Positions 9,573 to 19,348 of a stretch of 64,000 nt of DNA are shown piece after piece; position 1 is the stretch's first letter, and each line of letters opens with the position of its first letter. The notes beneath the pieces are model-generated. The model was not told where the DNA came from and did not search any database. It saw only the letters and a program-made list of their open reading frames with translations. This DNA comes from Fimbriimonadia bacterium (lineage in GTDB: Bacteria > Armatimonadota > Fimbriimonadia > Fimbriimonadales > JABRVX01), in the NCBI GenBank assembly GCA_041483895.1, contig JBGPGO010000001.1:128001-192000 (forward strand). Direction: 5' to 3'. The position numbers and the translations under genes are program-made.

Positions 9573-10315
9573 ATCCCTTCCGACTCAATAGACTCGGCGG
9601 GGCCACGGTTGTGTGACAATGGATGAGAAAAAAATGATGCCAAGTTTTGTGGTTCGGGTGTTGGCCCAAAATAGAGGTGGATGTCCGAACCGCCGTCCGG
9701 CACACTTACTACGTACGGCCTAAGATGCAGGATCTCGCCCCGGGTCGCGACGGCATAAAGGACGGCTGCCAGCCAAACGGCGGAGAGGGTTAGAGCGTTA
9801 GCCCGCTGGAATCGTTTTGTCGTTGCGACTTGATAGGCCGCAATTAAACCAACAAGCATAAAGAGCGTCCCTCCGATAACACTCTTAACGACTGCTTCAG
9901 AATAACGAACCGAGAAATAGGCCTTGTCGTACACAGATTCGTTGATTCCGCTCGTCTCCGCCACGGTCGGCGCTTGCTCCGAAATGGCAAGCTGAACCGC
10001 TTCCTTCCCATGATGCAACATTATCGCCGGCATCACGGGACCTTCCGAGAGGAGATAAGAGAGCAACAACAGAAACCAGGCCAAACCGCCAGCATTCTTG
10101 CTGCATAGCCATCGCACTAGACGCGCCGACGCAGAACGGTTTGAGGTCGGTCGCCCCTCGGTGAGCTCCAGTTCCTTGGCGGAGAATGCCTGCCCTTCAG
10201 CATCGAGGACAACCGCGTCGTCGGCTACAAGCCCACTTTGGCGCCACCGCCTGATCGTGGGCAGATCGACCTCTTGACTCTCAAGACCGTTTACTAATTT
10301 AACTCGATACGTCAT
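9539..10315 (-). CDS. Hypothetical membrane protein
   Basis: N-terminal YRVKL..G....VDL.TIRRW...G.V soluble module (GYF_2-like) plus three hydrophobic segments. Confidence 0.55.
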   Translation of the reverse strand: MTYRVKLVNGLESQEVDLPTIRRWRQSGLVADDAVVLDAEGQAFSAKELELTEGRPTSNRSASARLVRWLCSKNAGGLAWFLLLLSYLLSEGPVMPAIMLHHGKEAVQLAISEQAPTVAETSGINESVYDKAYFSVRYSEAVVKSVIGGTLFMLVGLIAAYQVATTKRFQRANALTLSAVWLAAVLYAVATRGEILHLRPYVVSVPDGGSDIHLYFGPTPEPQNLASFFSHPLSHNRGPAESIESEGIWSAQKCKFDT

Positions 10316-10476
10316 TCGGAACTATCCATGTAATGATCGTAGTGGGACTCACTTCCCGAGGGGTGGTCGGAAAGAGCCTTCGGGTTCCCGCCCCACGCGG
10401 TTGCGGCATCGTCGGCCAGACAGATGGGGGCTGTGAGGAGCGTGCCTAAGCAGGCCAGACTGATGTGATGGTTCAT
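10312..10476 (-). pseudogene. 54-aa ORF with signal peptide; likely a truncated secreted-protein gene
   Basis: Own translation MNHHISLACLGTLLTAPICLA-DDAATAWGGNPKALSDHPS...; TAGAAT 7 nt before the ATG; its stop overlaps the next ATG (ATGA). Confidence 0.45.
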
Positions 10477-10505
10477 GGTATTGATTCTACTCGCAAAACC
10501 GCCGA

Positions 10506-10544
10506 TCAGTCATCTTCAATGCCCTCGTCCAGCAACAGCTTCAC
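10506..10544 (-). pseudogene. Remnant of a DUF5615/PIN toxin gene (12 codons)
   Basis: GTG overlaps the DUF433 stop (GTGA) and reads MKLLLDEGIEDD*; MKLLLDE is the typical DUF5615 PIN N-terminus. Confidence 0.6.
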
Positions 10545-10774
10545 GACGCGCGGGCAACCTGCCGACGCGCCTGTTCCGTCTGCCAGCGAATCACCGCCAG
10601 TGCCTGATCACGTGTCACGGTCGGAAAGCCGTGAAGGAATCTGTCCAATGATATCCCGTCCGCCTGATAGTCGAAAAATGTCTCCACCGGAACGCGGGTA
10701 CCTCGATAGCAGACAATACCGGCTAGTATCTCGGGATCAGAAGACAGAACCTCGTTGAGCTCGGATGGGATCAT
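10541..10774 (-). CDS. DUF433 family putative antitoxin
   Basis: DPEILAG..CYRGTRVPV....DY...G.S...FL..FP. Confidence 0.88.
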   Translation of the reverse strand: MIPSELNEVLSSDPEILAGIVCYRGTRVPVETFFDYQADGISLDRFLHGFPTVTRDQALAVIRWQTEQARRQVARAS

Positions 10775-10811
10775 ATCAACAATTGCATCATGGGAATCTG
10801 ATAAGCGGCGG

Positions 10812-11032
10812 TTAGGCCGATATTTTTACGTTCGCGGCTTCGGAGATGGGTTCTGGTACGGGAAGTCCATGCTGCACCAATCCCTCAATGTGGAACTCAA
10901 TTGCCTCGCGAATCAAAACTTCCGCTTCTTCCCGTGTCTTGCCGGTTGCCACGCAACCCGGTAGGTTTGGTACATAGGCCGACCAGTTCCGATCGCCACG
11001 CTCGAAAACTACGGCGTACGAGACTCCGATGA
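10812..11032 (-). CDS. HicB-family antitoxin; no proximal ATG/GTG/TTG start, possibly a pseudogene
   Basis: YAVVFERG..NWSAYVPNLPGCVATGKTREEA...IREAIEFHIEGL...G.PVP; no hicA adjacent. Confidence 0.7.
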
Positions 11033-11034
11033 CT

Positions 11035-11820
11035 TTATGCAGGCGTTTGACCGCCCGGCGCCGCGCCACCACCGCCGAGACGTTGCTCCAGCTCGGCCAA
11101 CTCCGATTCCACATCCGGCGTGACCGAGCCGGACTGGGTCGCCGCCGGGGCTGACGGAGCGAGACCCAACCGCTGCTCCATCTGCTGCAATTCCTTTTCC
11201 GCCGACGCATCAATCGCGCTGTCCTGATAAGCGGCCAACTTCCCGGTGAGCGAGGAAGCGTTCATCTCGGACCGTGCCAGCGATTCGGATTCGGCGCTTT
11301 GGATCTTCTCCGCGGCAACCGACCAGCCGCGCTCCTCGGTCTCGAAGTTCAGGCTGTCGAACACCTTGGACATCTCCTTGTTGATCTGCGCTTGCTTCCA
11401 CCGAGCTTTGAGCGCCAAGGCTTCCGCGGTCTTGGATTTGACTTGCTCCTCTTGCCGGCGCATCGCGACCTTGATGCCTTCGACGTTTTGCAGCGCCTGG
11501 GCCAGTGAGGCCTTGAGGGACTCCAGAGTCTGCTCCGTGTTTCCTTTTTCCCGCAGCCAGGCACGGGCGGCATCCCGATCCCCCGCCTTCAGCGCCTGTT
11601 CCGCGTTGGCCTGCAGCTGGGCGATTTTTCGCGTGTGCTCATCCACCATCGACTGAAGGTTGTTCTTGGCGGTAATCGCCTGGATGGCCTTTTCGCGGTT
11701 CCCGGCAAGATTTTCCCGCATCTCGCGCCGCGCCTGGTCGAGCAGGATCTCCGGATCCTCCCACTGGTCCATTTTGCGGTTGAACAGCGCCTTTATGTAG
11801 TTCCAAAATCGTCTAAACAT
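11035..11820 (-). CDS. pspA: PspA/IM30 (Vipp1) family protein
   Basis: Amphipathic N-terminus FRRFWNYIKA, EDPEILLDQ, A..AL..G....AR, coiled coil, C-terminal DVESELAELE; GGAGG RBS. Confidence 0.85.
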   Translation of the reverse strand: MFRRFWNYIKALFNRKMDQWEDPEILLDQARREMRENLAGNREKAIQAITAKNNLQSMVDEHTRKIAQLQANAEQALKAGDRDAARAWLREKGNTEQTLESLKASLAQALQNVEGIKVAMRRQEEQVKSKTAEALALKARWKQAQINKEMSKVFDSLNFETEERGWSVAAEKIQSAESESLARSEMNASSLTGKLAAYQDSAIDASAEKELQQMEQRLGLAPSAPAATQSGSVTPDVESELAELEQRLGGGGAAPGGQTPA

Positions 11821-11863
11821 CAAATCCTCCGCCCTGATTCAGGCCCGATACTACGCATCCCCC

Positions 11864-11920
11864 GGTAGCCGCATGCTTTAGCTCGCGCTCCGGCGACGCA
11901 AGCCAAAGCATGCGGCTACC
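11864..11920. repeat. GTAG-family REP doublet (REPIN)
   Basis: GGTAGCCGCATGCTTT...AAAGCATGCGGCTACC, 16-bp perfect inverted arms. Confidence 0.8.
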
Positions 11921-12011
11921 GACTGGTTCCGGCGCAGGATCGACCTTGCCGCTACCGGAATTGGTACCGAGATAGCAAATAGTAGCACTCTTTGCGTCAT
12001 ATTTGGCTTTA

Positions 12012-12788
12012 ATGACCGATGAATCTACCTTTAATGGGGGGCAAGTGACCCATCAGTCCTTTACCCGCATCGCGCCATTCTACGACGCGCTGATGCGTGG
12101 CGTGCCTTACGAAATGTGGGTCGGCTACTTCGAGTTGTTGTGCGTGCAGAACGACCATACCGCCCGGCGCGTGCTGGACGTCTGTTGCGGAACGGGGACG
12201 ATGTGCGAGCTGCTGACAGAAAAGGCATATTTCCTGACCGGTGTGGACATCTCGACCCCGATGATCCTGAGCGCCCGGACCAAGGCTGCGGGGAAGGGTC
12301 TCCGGATCGACTATTTCGACCAGGACATCGCCCAAATGAGTCTGGGATCCAAATTCGACACGGCCTTCAGCTTCTTCGACAGCCTCAACTACATTACGGA
12401 CCCTGGGCAACTGCGGCAAGGCATTCTTCGCATTGCGGAGCATCTGGGACCGGGCGGGCTGTTCATGTTTGATTTGAACACCGAGTTCGCCTTTACCAAC
12501 CAGATGTTCGACCAGCAGCAATTGACCCGCAAGGCGGCCGTGCGTTACCGGTGGAAGAGCAAATATGATGCGGATGCGAGGATTTGCACGGTCAAAATGG
12601 ACTTTTGGGCTGGGGAGCCCGAGGAGCACTTCGTCGAGACGCATATCCAGCGGGCCCATTCGCCGGAGGAGATCCGATCGTGGCTGACAGAGGCGGGGTT
12701 CGAAGAGATTCGGTCCTACAACAGCTACACGTTGGACAAGCCGACCCGCACCAGCGATCGGGTCCACTACACCGCGATTCGAAGGTAG
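12012..12788 (+). CDS. Class I SAM-dependent methyltransferase
   Basis: F..IA.FYD.LM, VLDVCCGTG, GVDIS, FDSLNY, PGGLFMFD; start uncertain. Confidence 0.88.
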   Translation: MTDESTFNGGQVTHQSFTRIAPFYDALMRGVPYEMWVGYFELLCVQNDHTARRVLDVCCGTGTMCELLTEKAYFLTGVDISTPMILSARTKAAGKGLRIDYFDQDIAQMSLGSKFDTAFSFFDSLNYITDPGQLRQGILRIAEHLGPGGLFMFDLNTEFAFTNQMFDQQQLTRKAAVRYRWKSKYDADARICTVKMDFWAGEPEEHFVETHIQRAHSPEEIRSWLTEAGFEEIRSYNSYTLDKPTRTSDRVHYTAIRR

Positions 12789-12896
12789 CCGCACGCCTCA
12801 GGTTGCGTGATTTTGACGATGCGATCGTCAATTAAATTGACCATGTGGGTAGCCGCACGTATTTGGAGGCCATCGTAAGCTAAAGGGTGCGGCTAT
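12785..12896. repeat. Degenerate GTAG-family REP copies
   Basis: GTAGCCGCACGCCTCAGGTTGCG (12785-12807), GTAGCCGCACG (12849) and an inverted copy at 12874-12896. Confidence 0.7.
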
Positions 12897-13300
12897 GAGC
12901 CGTAGGTGGACGTCAGTTCTTTGAAAATCTGTCGCAGCTCGCCTTGGGCATGTTCGCCGCCATGCGGACCGGCAATCGCTTTCACTGAGCCGGGGCCGTC
13001 GTCCAACCCGGATCGAAGCCAATCTTCCGCCTTGTCCTTGGTCAATTCGGGCGAGAAACCGTTGAGGTGCAGCAGCGCGAGGGCGGCGTACAGAGCGGTG
13101 TGCTCGTTCCCCTCGTCAAAGGGCCGGCGGCCCAGAATTCCTTGGAAAAACGCGCCGATCTGGGTCAGCTCATCGCCAATCATCCGGTAACCATATTGGT
13201 AGCCGATGCACTCCTCCAAATCGAGCGCTCTCAGCCCCACCGGCTTCCGGTTGATCTGGCTGTTGATCCAGATGACGTCCTGACTGGTTAGATACCGCAC
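12893..13300 (-). CDS. Fic/Doc-family protein with degenerate active-site motif
   Basis: MRYLT..DVIWIN start; RPFDEGNEHTA in place of HPFxDGNKRTA; L.LNG. Confidence 0.75.
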   Translation of the reverse strand: MRYLTSQDVIWINSQINRKPVGLRALDLEECIGYQYGYRMIGDELTQIGAFFQGILGRRPFDEGNEHTALYAALALLHLNGFSPELTKDKAEDWLRSGLDDGPGSVKAIAGPHGGEHAQGELRQIFKELTSTYGS

Positions 13301-13455
13301 TCGCTTCTCCCGACCGTGAACTGGTTTCAGGGTACCCCATCAGGCTGGCCGACCCCACGCAACTAACGAGAGTAAACCTTGCCTACATTTCTGGGTTTTC
13401 AACCGACAATCTTAGATAGCAACTTCACCTTTATGCCACAGGGGGCCTGGGCCAG

Positions 13456-16134
13456 ATGAACGAGAAACGATTTCCCATCACCGTAATCACGCACACGCGC
13501 AACGAAGAGGCGGACCTTGCGGCGTGCCTGGAGAGCGCAGTGGGTTGGGCGGACGAGATCATCGTGATGGACATGGAATCCACGGATCAAACGTGCGAGG
13601 TTGCCCGCAAATATACGGATCGCATCCTCTCCCACCCCAACATGACGGTGTGCGAACCTGCCCGCAACGCCGCCCTCAAAGAGGCCCGGAACGAATGGGC
13701 GCTCTACCTCGACGCCGACGAGCGACTGACCCCGGAACTGAAGAAGATCATCGAAGAGGTGCTCCAAAACGCCCCGCCGGACCTCGCCGCAGTGCAGCTT
13801 CCCTACAAGAATCTGGTGTTCGGAAAGTGGATCCAACATGCGGGCGGTTGGTGGCCCGGGTACAAGGCGCCGATGCTCGTGCGAAAGGGGCGCGTGACCT
13901 TCCATCCGGAGGTGCATTCCGTCCCCACCATCAAAGGCAAAATCGCCCGAATCGGCCCCAGCAACGAGCGGGAGGCGGTTGAGCACCACACGTTCCGCAC
14001 CGTGCATGACTGGATCGGCAAGATGAACCGCTATACCGACCTGGAGGCGGAGCTGTTCGAACAGCACGGCGAACCGGTCGATTGGCGTGCAGCGGCCCAG
14101 ATTTTCGGCGCGAAGATGAAAGCCTATTTGGATGAGACCGGCGGGCGGAACGATGGAACCGAGGGCTGGCTTCTCTCCGCTTGTTGCGCGATCTATGATC
14201 TGTTTACGCACATGAAGTATTGGGAGCGGCTGAAAGGCAAGCCGGGCTTCAACCCCACGCTGTGCATTCCGCCGAGCGCCGCTGAGTTCCTTGCCGTCGC
14301 CACCCAGGCGGCGGGCGGATCCGTGGCTGCCGGGCAAGCGACCGCACCCGCTTGGATCCTGCCGTTGGTCAACCTGCTGAAGCGTCGGGAAGGTGGCATC
14401 TATTTCCCCGGCCTGCCCCAATCAATTGACAAGCCGGCGAAGGCGACTTCAGTTGTCCTATGGAGCGCCGATACGGTCAACGCCGAAGAGTTGGTGGGTT
14501 TGGCGACAAAGACGAAACCTGGGACGTTCATCATGCTCGGCTACCCAACCTGCACGAACGGAGCCGAGTTGCGGGAGAAGCTGGAGACGCTGTTCGATTC
14601 AACCGTGCACTTCCTCGACCCCGAGCCGGAGACCGACCGCCTCATCGCATTCCTGTGGAAGGGCGAGAAGATCGAAGTGGAGCGCACGGTATTGGTCACG
14701 GTCCATCGGAACGCCCTGCGGATGATGGGGGGCGGCGAGACGCATGTGTTCAAAATCCTGGTGGATGCCGCCCGGAATCAGCGAATTCGCGCCGATGTAT
14801 CCGCCGCCATGCGCCTCGATGGGGCCCCGTACGACCTGGTGCACGTCGTTTCGCTCTACCAGCCCGACCACGTGGAGGCCATCCGAACTTGGAACAAGAA
14901 GGTCGCCGTAACGCCCATCTACTGGGACGGGCCGCGGGTCAACTGGATCGCCCAGGTCCTTCCCGCCGTCTTGGATCCCGCCCGCACCGATGAAGAGCGA
15001 ACCGAGCTGCTGCAACTGTTGGAATCTCGCGAGTTGGGCGCCAACGACGTGAAGCAGGAAGAGGCTCGAAGCGACATCGAGACCACATTGGCATTGCGAA
15101 CCGTTCGCGACCTTGGGCAGATCCTGATGCCGACGGGAGAAAATGAAGCGCGTGAAATGGAGCGGATGCTCGGCTCCACAACCGTGGCGGCAAGAACGGT
15201 TTTGCACGGAATCAACCCAGAACCGTTTTTGCAAGGGACTCCGGATCGGTTCGTCAAGGAGTTTGGCCTGAAGGAATTCGTGCTGTGCGTCGGGCGAATC
15301 GAGCCGATGAAGAACCAGTTGATGCTTGCATACTCACTGCGAAACAGCGGCCGCAAACTTGTGTTGATGGGGACGCCATCGAGCCCGGAATATATGGCCC
15401 TCATCCAGCATTGGGCCGGTGACAATTTATTGCAAATCCCCAACCAGCCAATCGAGATAGTGGCGAGCGCGATGAAAGCGGCTGCCTGCCACGTTCTGCC
15501 TAGCTGGTGGGAGGTGCCGGGGCTGGTCAGCATCGAGGCTGCCGCCGCCGGGTGCCCTGTCGTCGCAACCGACTGCGGCACCATCCGGGACTATCTGGGT
15601 GATGGAATTCGATATTGCGATCCCGCCTCGTCGTCGTCCATCTTGCAAGCCGTGGAGGCTGCCATCGCAAACAAAGGTTCGGAACGAGCGAGAGCGGTGC
15701 AGCAGCTTGCCGCCACATTTTCCATTCACCGGACAGCACAAAGCTACAACGCGGCGTACAAAGAACTGCTCGGCGCGGCGAAGGTGCGCCTGGTGGTCGC
15801 GCCGGATTGGGATGCCCCGGAGACATGGCAGCCGATTCTGCGGGCCTATCTGGACGCGTACGGCCCCGAGGACGGCGTAACGCTGTGCATGATGGTGGAT
15901 GAGCCGACCGGCAAGGATGCCGCCGCCGCAGCGGAACTCACGACAAGCTATTGCCAAAGCGAAGGCATAGACGTTCTGGGCTCGGCCGATATCGAGCTGG
16001 TCGACCTCATGTCGGTGGGCGACGTGGCAGGAGTCGTCGCCACTGGCTCGAAGGCGGAAAAGCTCCTGCAGGAACAGTTCCAATTCCCGCTCCTCGACTT
16101 TCGCGCCGAGTGGGCATCGCGCAAGACGACCTAG
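13456..16134 (+). CDS. Multidomain glycosyltransferase (GT2 + GT4)
   Basis: N-terminal RNEE..L..CLES, DMESTDQT, ARN, LDADE; C-terminal VGRIEPMKNQ, PSWWEVPGLVSIEAAAAGCPVV. Confidence 0.88.
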   Translation: MNEKRFPITVITHTRNEEADLAACLESAVGWADEIIVMDMESTDQTCEVARKYTDRILSHPNMTVCEPARNAALKEARNEWALYLDADERLTPELKKIIEEVLQNAPPDLAAVQLPYKNLVFGKWIQHAGGWWPGYKAPMLVRKGRVTFHPEVHSVPTIKGKIARIGPSNEREAVEHHTFRTVHDWIGKMNRYTDLEAELFEQHGEPVDWRAAAQIFGAKMKAYLDETGGRNDGTEGWLLSACCAIYDLFTHMKYWERLKGKPGFNPTLCIPPSAAEFLAVATQAAGGSVAAGQATAPAWILPLVNLLKRREGGIYFPGLPQSIDKPAKATSVVLWSADTVNAEELVGLATKTKPGTFIMLGYPTCTNGAELREKLETLFDSTVHFLDPEPETDRLIAFLWKGEKIEVERTVLVTVHRNALRMMGGGETHVFKILVDAARNQRIRADVSAAMRLDGAPYDLVHVVSLYQPDHVEAIRTWNKKVAVTPIYWDGPRVNWIAQVLPAVLDPARTDEERTELLQLLESRELGANDVKQEEARSDIETTLALRTVRDLGQILMPTGENEAREMERMLGSTTVAARTVLHGINPEPFLQGTPDRFVKEFGLKEFVLCVGRIEPMKNQLMLAYSLRNSGRKLVLMGTPSSPEYMALIQHWAGDNLLQIPNQPIEIVASAMKAAACHVLPSWWEVPGLVSIEAAAAGCPVVATDCGTIRDYLGDGIRYCDPASSSSILQAVEAAIANKGSERARAVQQLAATFSIHRTAQSYNAAYKELLGAAKVRLVVAPDWDAPETWQPILRAYLDAYGPEDGVTLCMMVDEPTGKDAAAAAELTTSYCQSEGIDVLGSADIELVDLMSVGDVAGVVATGSKAEKLLQEQFQFPLLDFRAEWASRKTT

Positions 16135-16135
16135 C

Positions 16136-19100
16136 CTATTTTTTCGGATGAACTTTGATCGGAGCCGGCGGTTCGTGCGGCCGGACAACCGGATGCTTCC
16201 TTAACTCACCTTGAAGATAGGCGATCGCGCGATCCAATTGCGGATCGTCTCCTTTCACGTAGGCGTTTGGGTCGCTTTCCACATCGATGTCCGGATCGAC
16301 GCCGTGTCCCTCCACGATCCAGCCTTTCTGCGGCGTCCAGGCGCCGTAGTTGGGGACGTTGATAACGCCGCCATCCACGAGGGGCCAACCCGGCGAGGAG
16401 CCGACCAGACCTCCCCAGGTTCTACGTCCGATCAATGGCCCCAAACCGGCGGCCCGAAAGTTCGTGGGAAACTGCTCGCCATCGGAAGCATTGTATTCAT
16501 TGATGAGACAGGCCAATGGTCCTGGAAAATAGTCGCGCTGGACGGCCTGACTCACTTGGTTGCGCTGGTTGAAGAAATCGAGCGGCTTTTGCATCAGCAC
16601 ATTGATGATCGCGCCGGAAACGTTGCCGCCCCCATTGAATCGGGTGTCGACTATGAGCGCGTCCTTCCCTCTGACCGGATAGTACTGCTTGATAAAATCC
16701 GCCATGTCTTCTTCCCCCATCGCTTGCAGATGAAGATACGCGATTTTTCCGCCGGAGGCTTTGTCAACATAGTTCCGATTTTGCTGGACCCAATCTCGAT
16801 ACTTCATGCCGCTCTCGCTCGGCGCGGGCTTGATTCGGACGGTTCGCGCGCCGTCAGCCGTCGGTTTGTCGTTGACTTTGATCGCGACGATCTGGCCGGC
16901 GCGATTGGCCAATCCTTGCATGAATCGCATGCCGTCCTTTGTCGAGATTCCTGCGACCTCGATCAGGTAATCGCCGTCCTTTGCTCCGAGGCCGGGCGCG
17001 GCAAGCGGCGACCTGTCCGACACGCTGAATCCATCGCCGCGATAGATCTTTTTGATCCGGAAACATCCAGACGGATCGGGTTCTAATTCCGCTCCCAAAA
17101 AGCCCTGTGGAACCGGCTTGAACAGCGTCCTCGTGTCGCCGTCATCCCGGAACATGTGCCCGGTGGTCAGCTCGGATTGAAGCCAGCGAATCAACAGCGA
17201 AACCTCGTCGCGGGAGCGCACCGCGGGAAGAAATTTGGCGTATTTTTCTCCGAGCGCCGGCCAATCCGCACCGTGCATGTTGGCGACATAGAAATAGTCG
17301 CGCAGCAGGCGCCAGGAGTCCCAATAGATCTCCTCCCACTCTTTGACCGGATCGATCCGCAACTGGAGATTTCCGAACTTCACCACACCGTCCGTGGGCT
17401 TAACCTCCTCCACGGTCGCGTCTACCACCTGGAGCTTTGGCCCCTCGCCGAGCAGCAGTTTCTTGCCATCCGCAGAGAGCTGGAAATCGGGCGCTCCGGC
17501 AAGCTGGCCGCCCTTCTTCTCCTTCAAATCGTAATACGAAACTTCCTCTTCCGTCCGAGCAATGACTCGGTCACCGGTTAGCGCAACCTCTAGGTATTCC
17601 GCCGGCTCCATCGGGACCTCGACGAAGCGATCGTATATCCCGTCCACGTCCAAATGAAACGCTTGCTCTTTTGGCTTGGCCTCGTCCGTTTCCTCCTCTG
17701 CCGACGGAGAAACACCGGACTCTTCCTCATCCGGTGCAAGCAGAGGCGACTTGCCGTCTTTTTGGACAGCCAGCAGATACACCTTTGCGGTATCTTGATT
17801 ATCAAGTTGGCCGATGAACGTGTCCCACTTTGGCGCAATGTTGCGATGGGAGAGAAAGACGATCCACTTGCCGTCGATGCTGAATTTGGGAGCAAAGTCG
17901 TCATGGTATCCGTCGCTCACCATGATGGTTTTCTTCGTCGCGATTTCATATAGTTTTAGGGACGAAATGTACGTAATCGGATCGTTTTCGCTATAGACAA
18001 TCCATCGAGAATCGGGAGAAAAATCGTGCGGCGGGCCATCCCAGCCGGATCCCTTGCCGATGGCAGCCTCTCCCGTCCCGTCGGCCTTGATAATTCGCAG
18101 CAGATCGGCGCTGTCCGTAAAGGCGATCCAGTTGCCGTCCGGCGACCACGATGTGCCGGTGATCTGTCTATTGGAATCCTTCGTGAGCTGTTTCGGGTTT
18201 GCGCCTTCCGCGTCGGCAATGTATAGCTGCTGCTCCCGAGTCTCATCCGAGACATAGGCGATCTTCTTGGCGTCCCGCGACATGGATGGCCACCGCAGCC
18301 GCGCGCCGTCCTTTGCCATCACGACCCGCGCGTCTCCCTCCTTGGCGGGAATGGAAACGATCTGTCCCCGAGATTCCACCAATATGCGCTTGCCGGTCGC
18401 GCCAAGCGACACGGTTTGCACTTTGGATTCCGCCGGAGTGAGGAACGGCAGCGCGTGCAGCCGGTCGCTAGTAAGACTGAACTCCATCGACGAGATCTCG
18501 CCGGTTGCGAGGTCGATCATCTCTAGACCGGTTCCCTTTTCATAGATTAGGCGCTTACCGTCCGTCTGGAGCGCACGAATCTCTTCATTGTACGGTCCGG
18601 CAATGCGCTGGAATCCGCTTCCATCCGGCTTGATGGAATTAACGCTGAAACGATTGTCGCCCTCGTCCTTGGCAAAATAGATTCGGTCGCCGGCCCACAC
18701 CGGGAACTCGGACGTATAGGTCGCGGAGTAGATTCTCTTGAAGCTCTTGGTTTCCAAGTCGCCGACCCAGATGTCGTTCTTCGTCCCGCCCTGGTAGCTG
18801 AACCATGCCTCTTGGCTCCGCGCGAAGCGCGTAAATGTGAATCGGTGACCATCCGGCGCGAAGGAGGCCGTGTCGGCAAATTCCAACGGAATTTTGGTCG
18901 GCAATCCGCCCGCGGCGGGAACGAGGCTAAGGGACACGTATCCGGGCCTGCCGCTCAGCTCCGCGTACAGTATCTTGCTTCCATTGGGCGTCCAGTCGCA
19001 GGGGCGCGGGGTCGTGCCACTGTATGTCAGGCGCGTGGGAATCCCGCCCTCGGTAGGCATGATATAGAGTTCCCGCGCGCCTCCATATTGGGCGGCAAAG

Positions 19101-19312
19101 GCTATCTGCTTGGCGTCAGGCGAGAACCGCGCGGCCATCTCCTGGCCCTCGTCGTGGGTCAGGCGCGAGGCGTTGTGGGTGACCAGGTCGCCGAGCCACA
19201 GATCCCCCTCGCAGGTGAACACCACCTGATCGCCTTGGATGTCGGGGAACCGGAAAAAGGCTGAGGGAACCGCATGCTGGGACGACAGAAGCAGAGAAAG
19301 CAGGAAGAACAT
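16136..19312 (-). CDS. Tricorn-like S41 peptidase
   Basis: RFPDI.G..VVFT.EGDLW, PD40-type propellers, PDZ region, IVDTRFNGGG, ASDGE (catalytic Ser), GRRTWGG, EGHGVDPDI. Confidence 0.93.
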   Translation of the reverse strand: MFFLLSLLLSSQHAVPSAFFRFPDIQGDQVVFTCEGDLWLGDLVTHNASRLTHDEGQEMAARFSPDAKQIAFAAQYGGARELYIMPTEGGIPTRLTYSGTTPRPCDWTPNGSKILYAELSGRPGYVSLSLVPAAGGLPTKIPLEFADTASFAPDGHRFTFTRFARSQEAWFSYQGGTKNDIWVGDLETKSFKRIYSATYTSEFPVWAGDRIYFAKDEGDNRFSVNSIKPDGSGFQRIAGPYNEEIRALQTDGKRLIYEKGTGLEMIDLATGEISSMEFSLTSDRLHALPFLTPAESKVQTVSLGATGKRILVESRGQIVSIPAKEGDARVVMAKDGARLRWPSMSRDAKKIAYVSDETREQQLYIADAEGANPKQLTKDSNRQITGTSWSPDGNWIAFTDSADLLRIIKADGTGEAAIGKGSGWDGPPHDFSPDSRWIVYSENDPITYISSLKLYEIATKKTIMVSDGYHDDFAPKFSIDGKWIVFLSHRNIAPKWDTFIGQLDNQDTAKVYLLAVQKDGKSPLLAPDEEESGVSPSAEEETDEAKPKEQAFHLDVDGIYDRFVEVPMEPAEYLEVALTGDRVIARTEEEVSYYDLKEKKGGQLAGAPDFQLSADGKKLLLGEGPKLQVVDATVEEVKPTDGVVKFGNLQLRIDPVKEWEEIYWDSWRLLRDYFYVANMHGADWPALGEKYAKFLPAVRSRDEVSLLIRWLQSELTTGHMFRDDGDTRTLFKPVPQGFLGAELEPDPSGCFRIKKIYRGDGFSVSDRSPLAAPGLGAKDGDYLIEVAGISTKDGMRFMQGLANRAGQIVAIKVNDKPTADGARTVRIKPAPSESGMKYRDWVQQNRNYVDKASGGKIAYLHLQAMGEEDMADFIKQYYPVRGKDALIVDTRFNGGGNVSGAIINVLMQKPLDFFNQRNQVSQAVQRDYFPGPLACLINEYNASDGEQFPTNFRAAGLGPLIGRRTWGGLVGSSPGWPLVDGGVINVPNYGAWTPQKGWIVEGHGVDPDIDVESDPNAYVKGDDPQLDRAIAYLQGELRKHPVVRPHEPPAPIKVHPKK

Positions 19313-19348
19313 GCGGATTGATACGAGATAGGAGCCGGTTTTCCTGCC

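Noticed and set aside
10340..10466. Structured ncRNA (cUUCGg hairpin, GGCCAGAC(A/T)GATG repeat)
   Set aside because: Matches no family I recognise; better explained by the minus-strand signal-peptide ORF 10312-10476.
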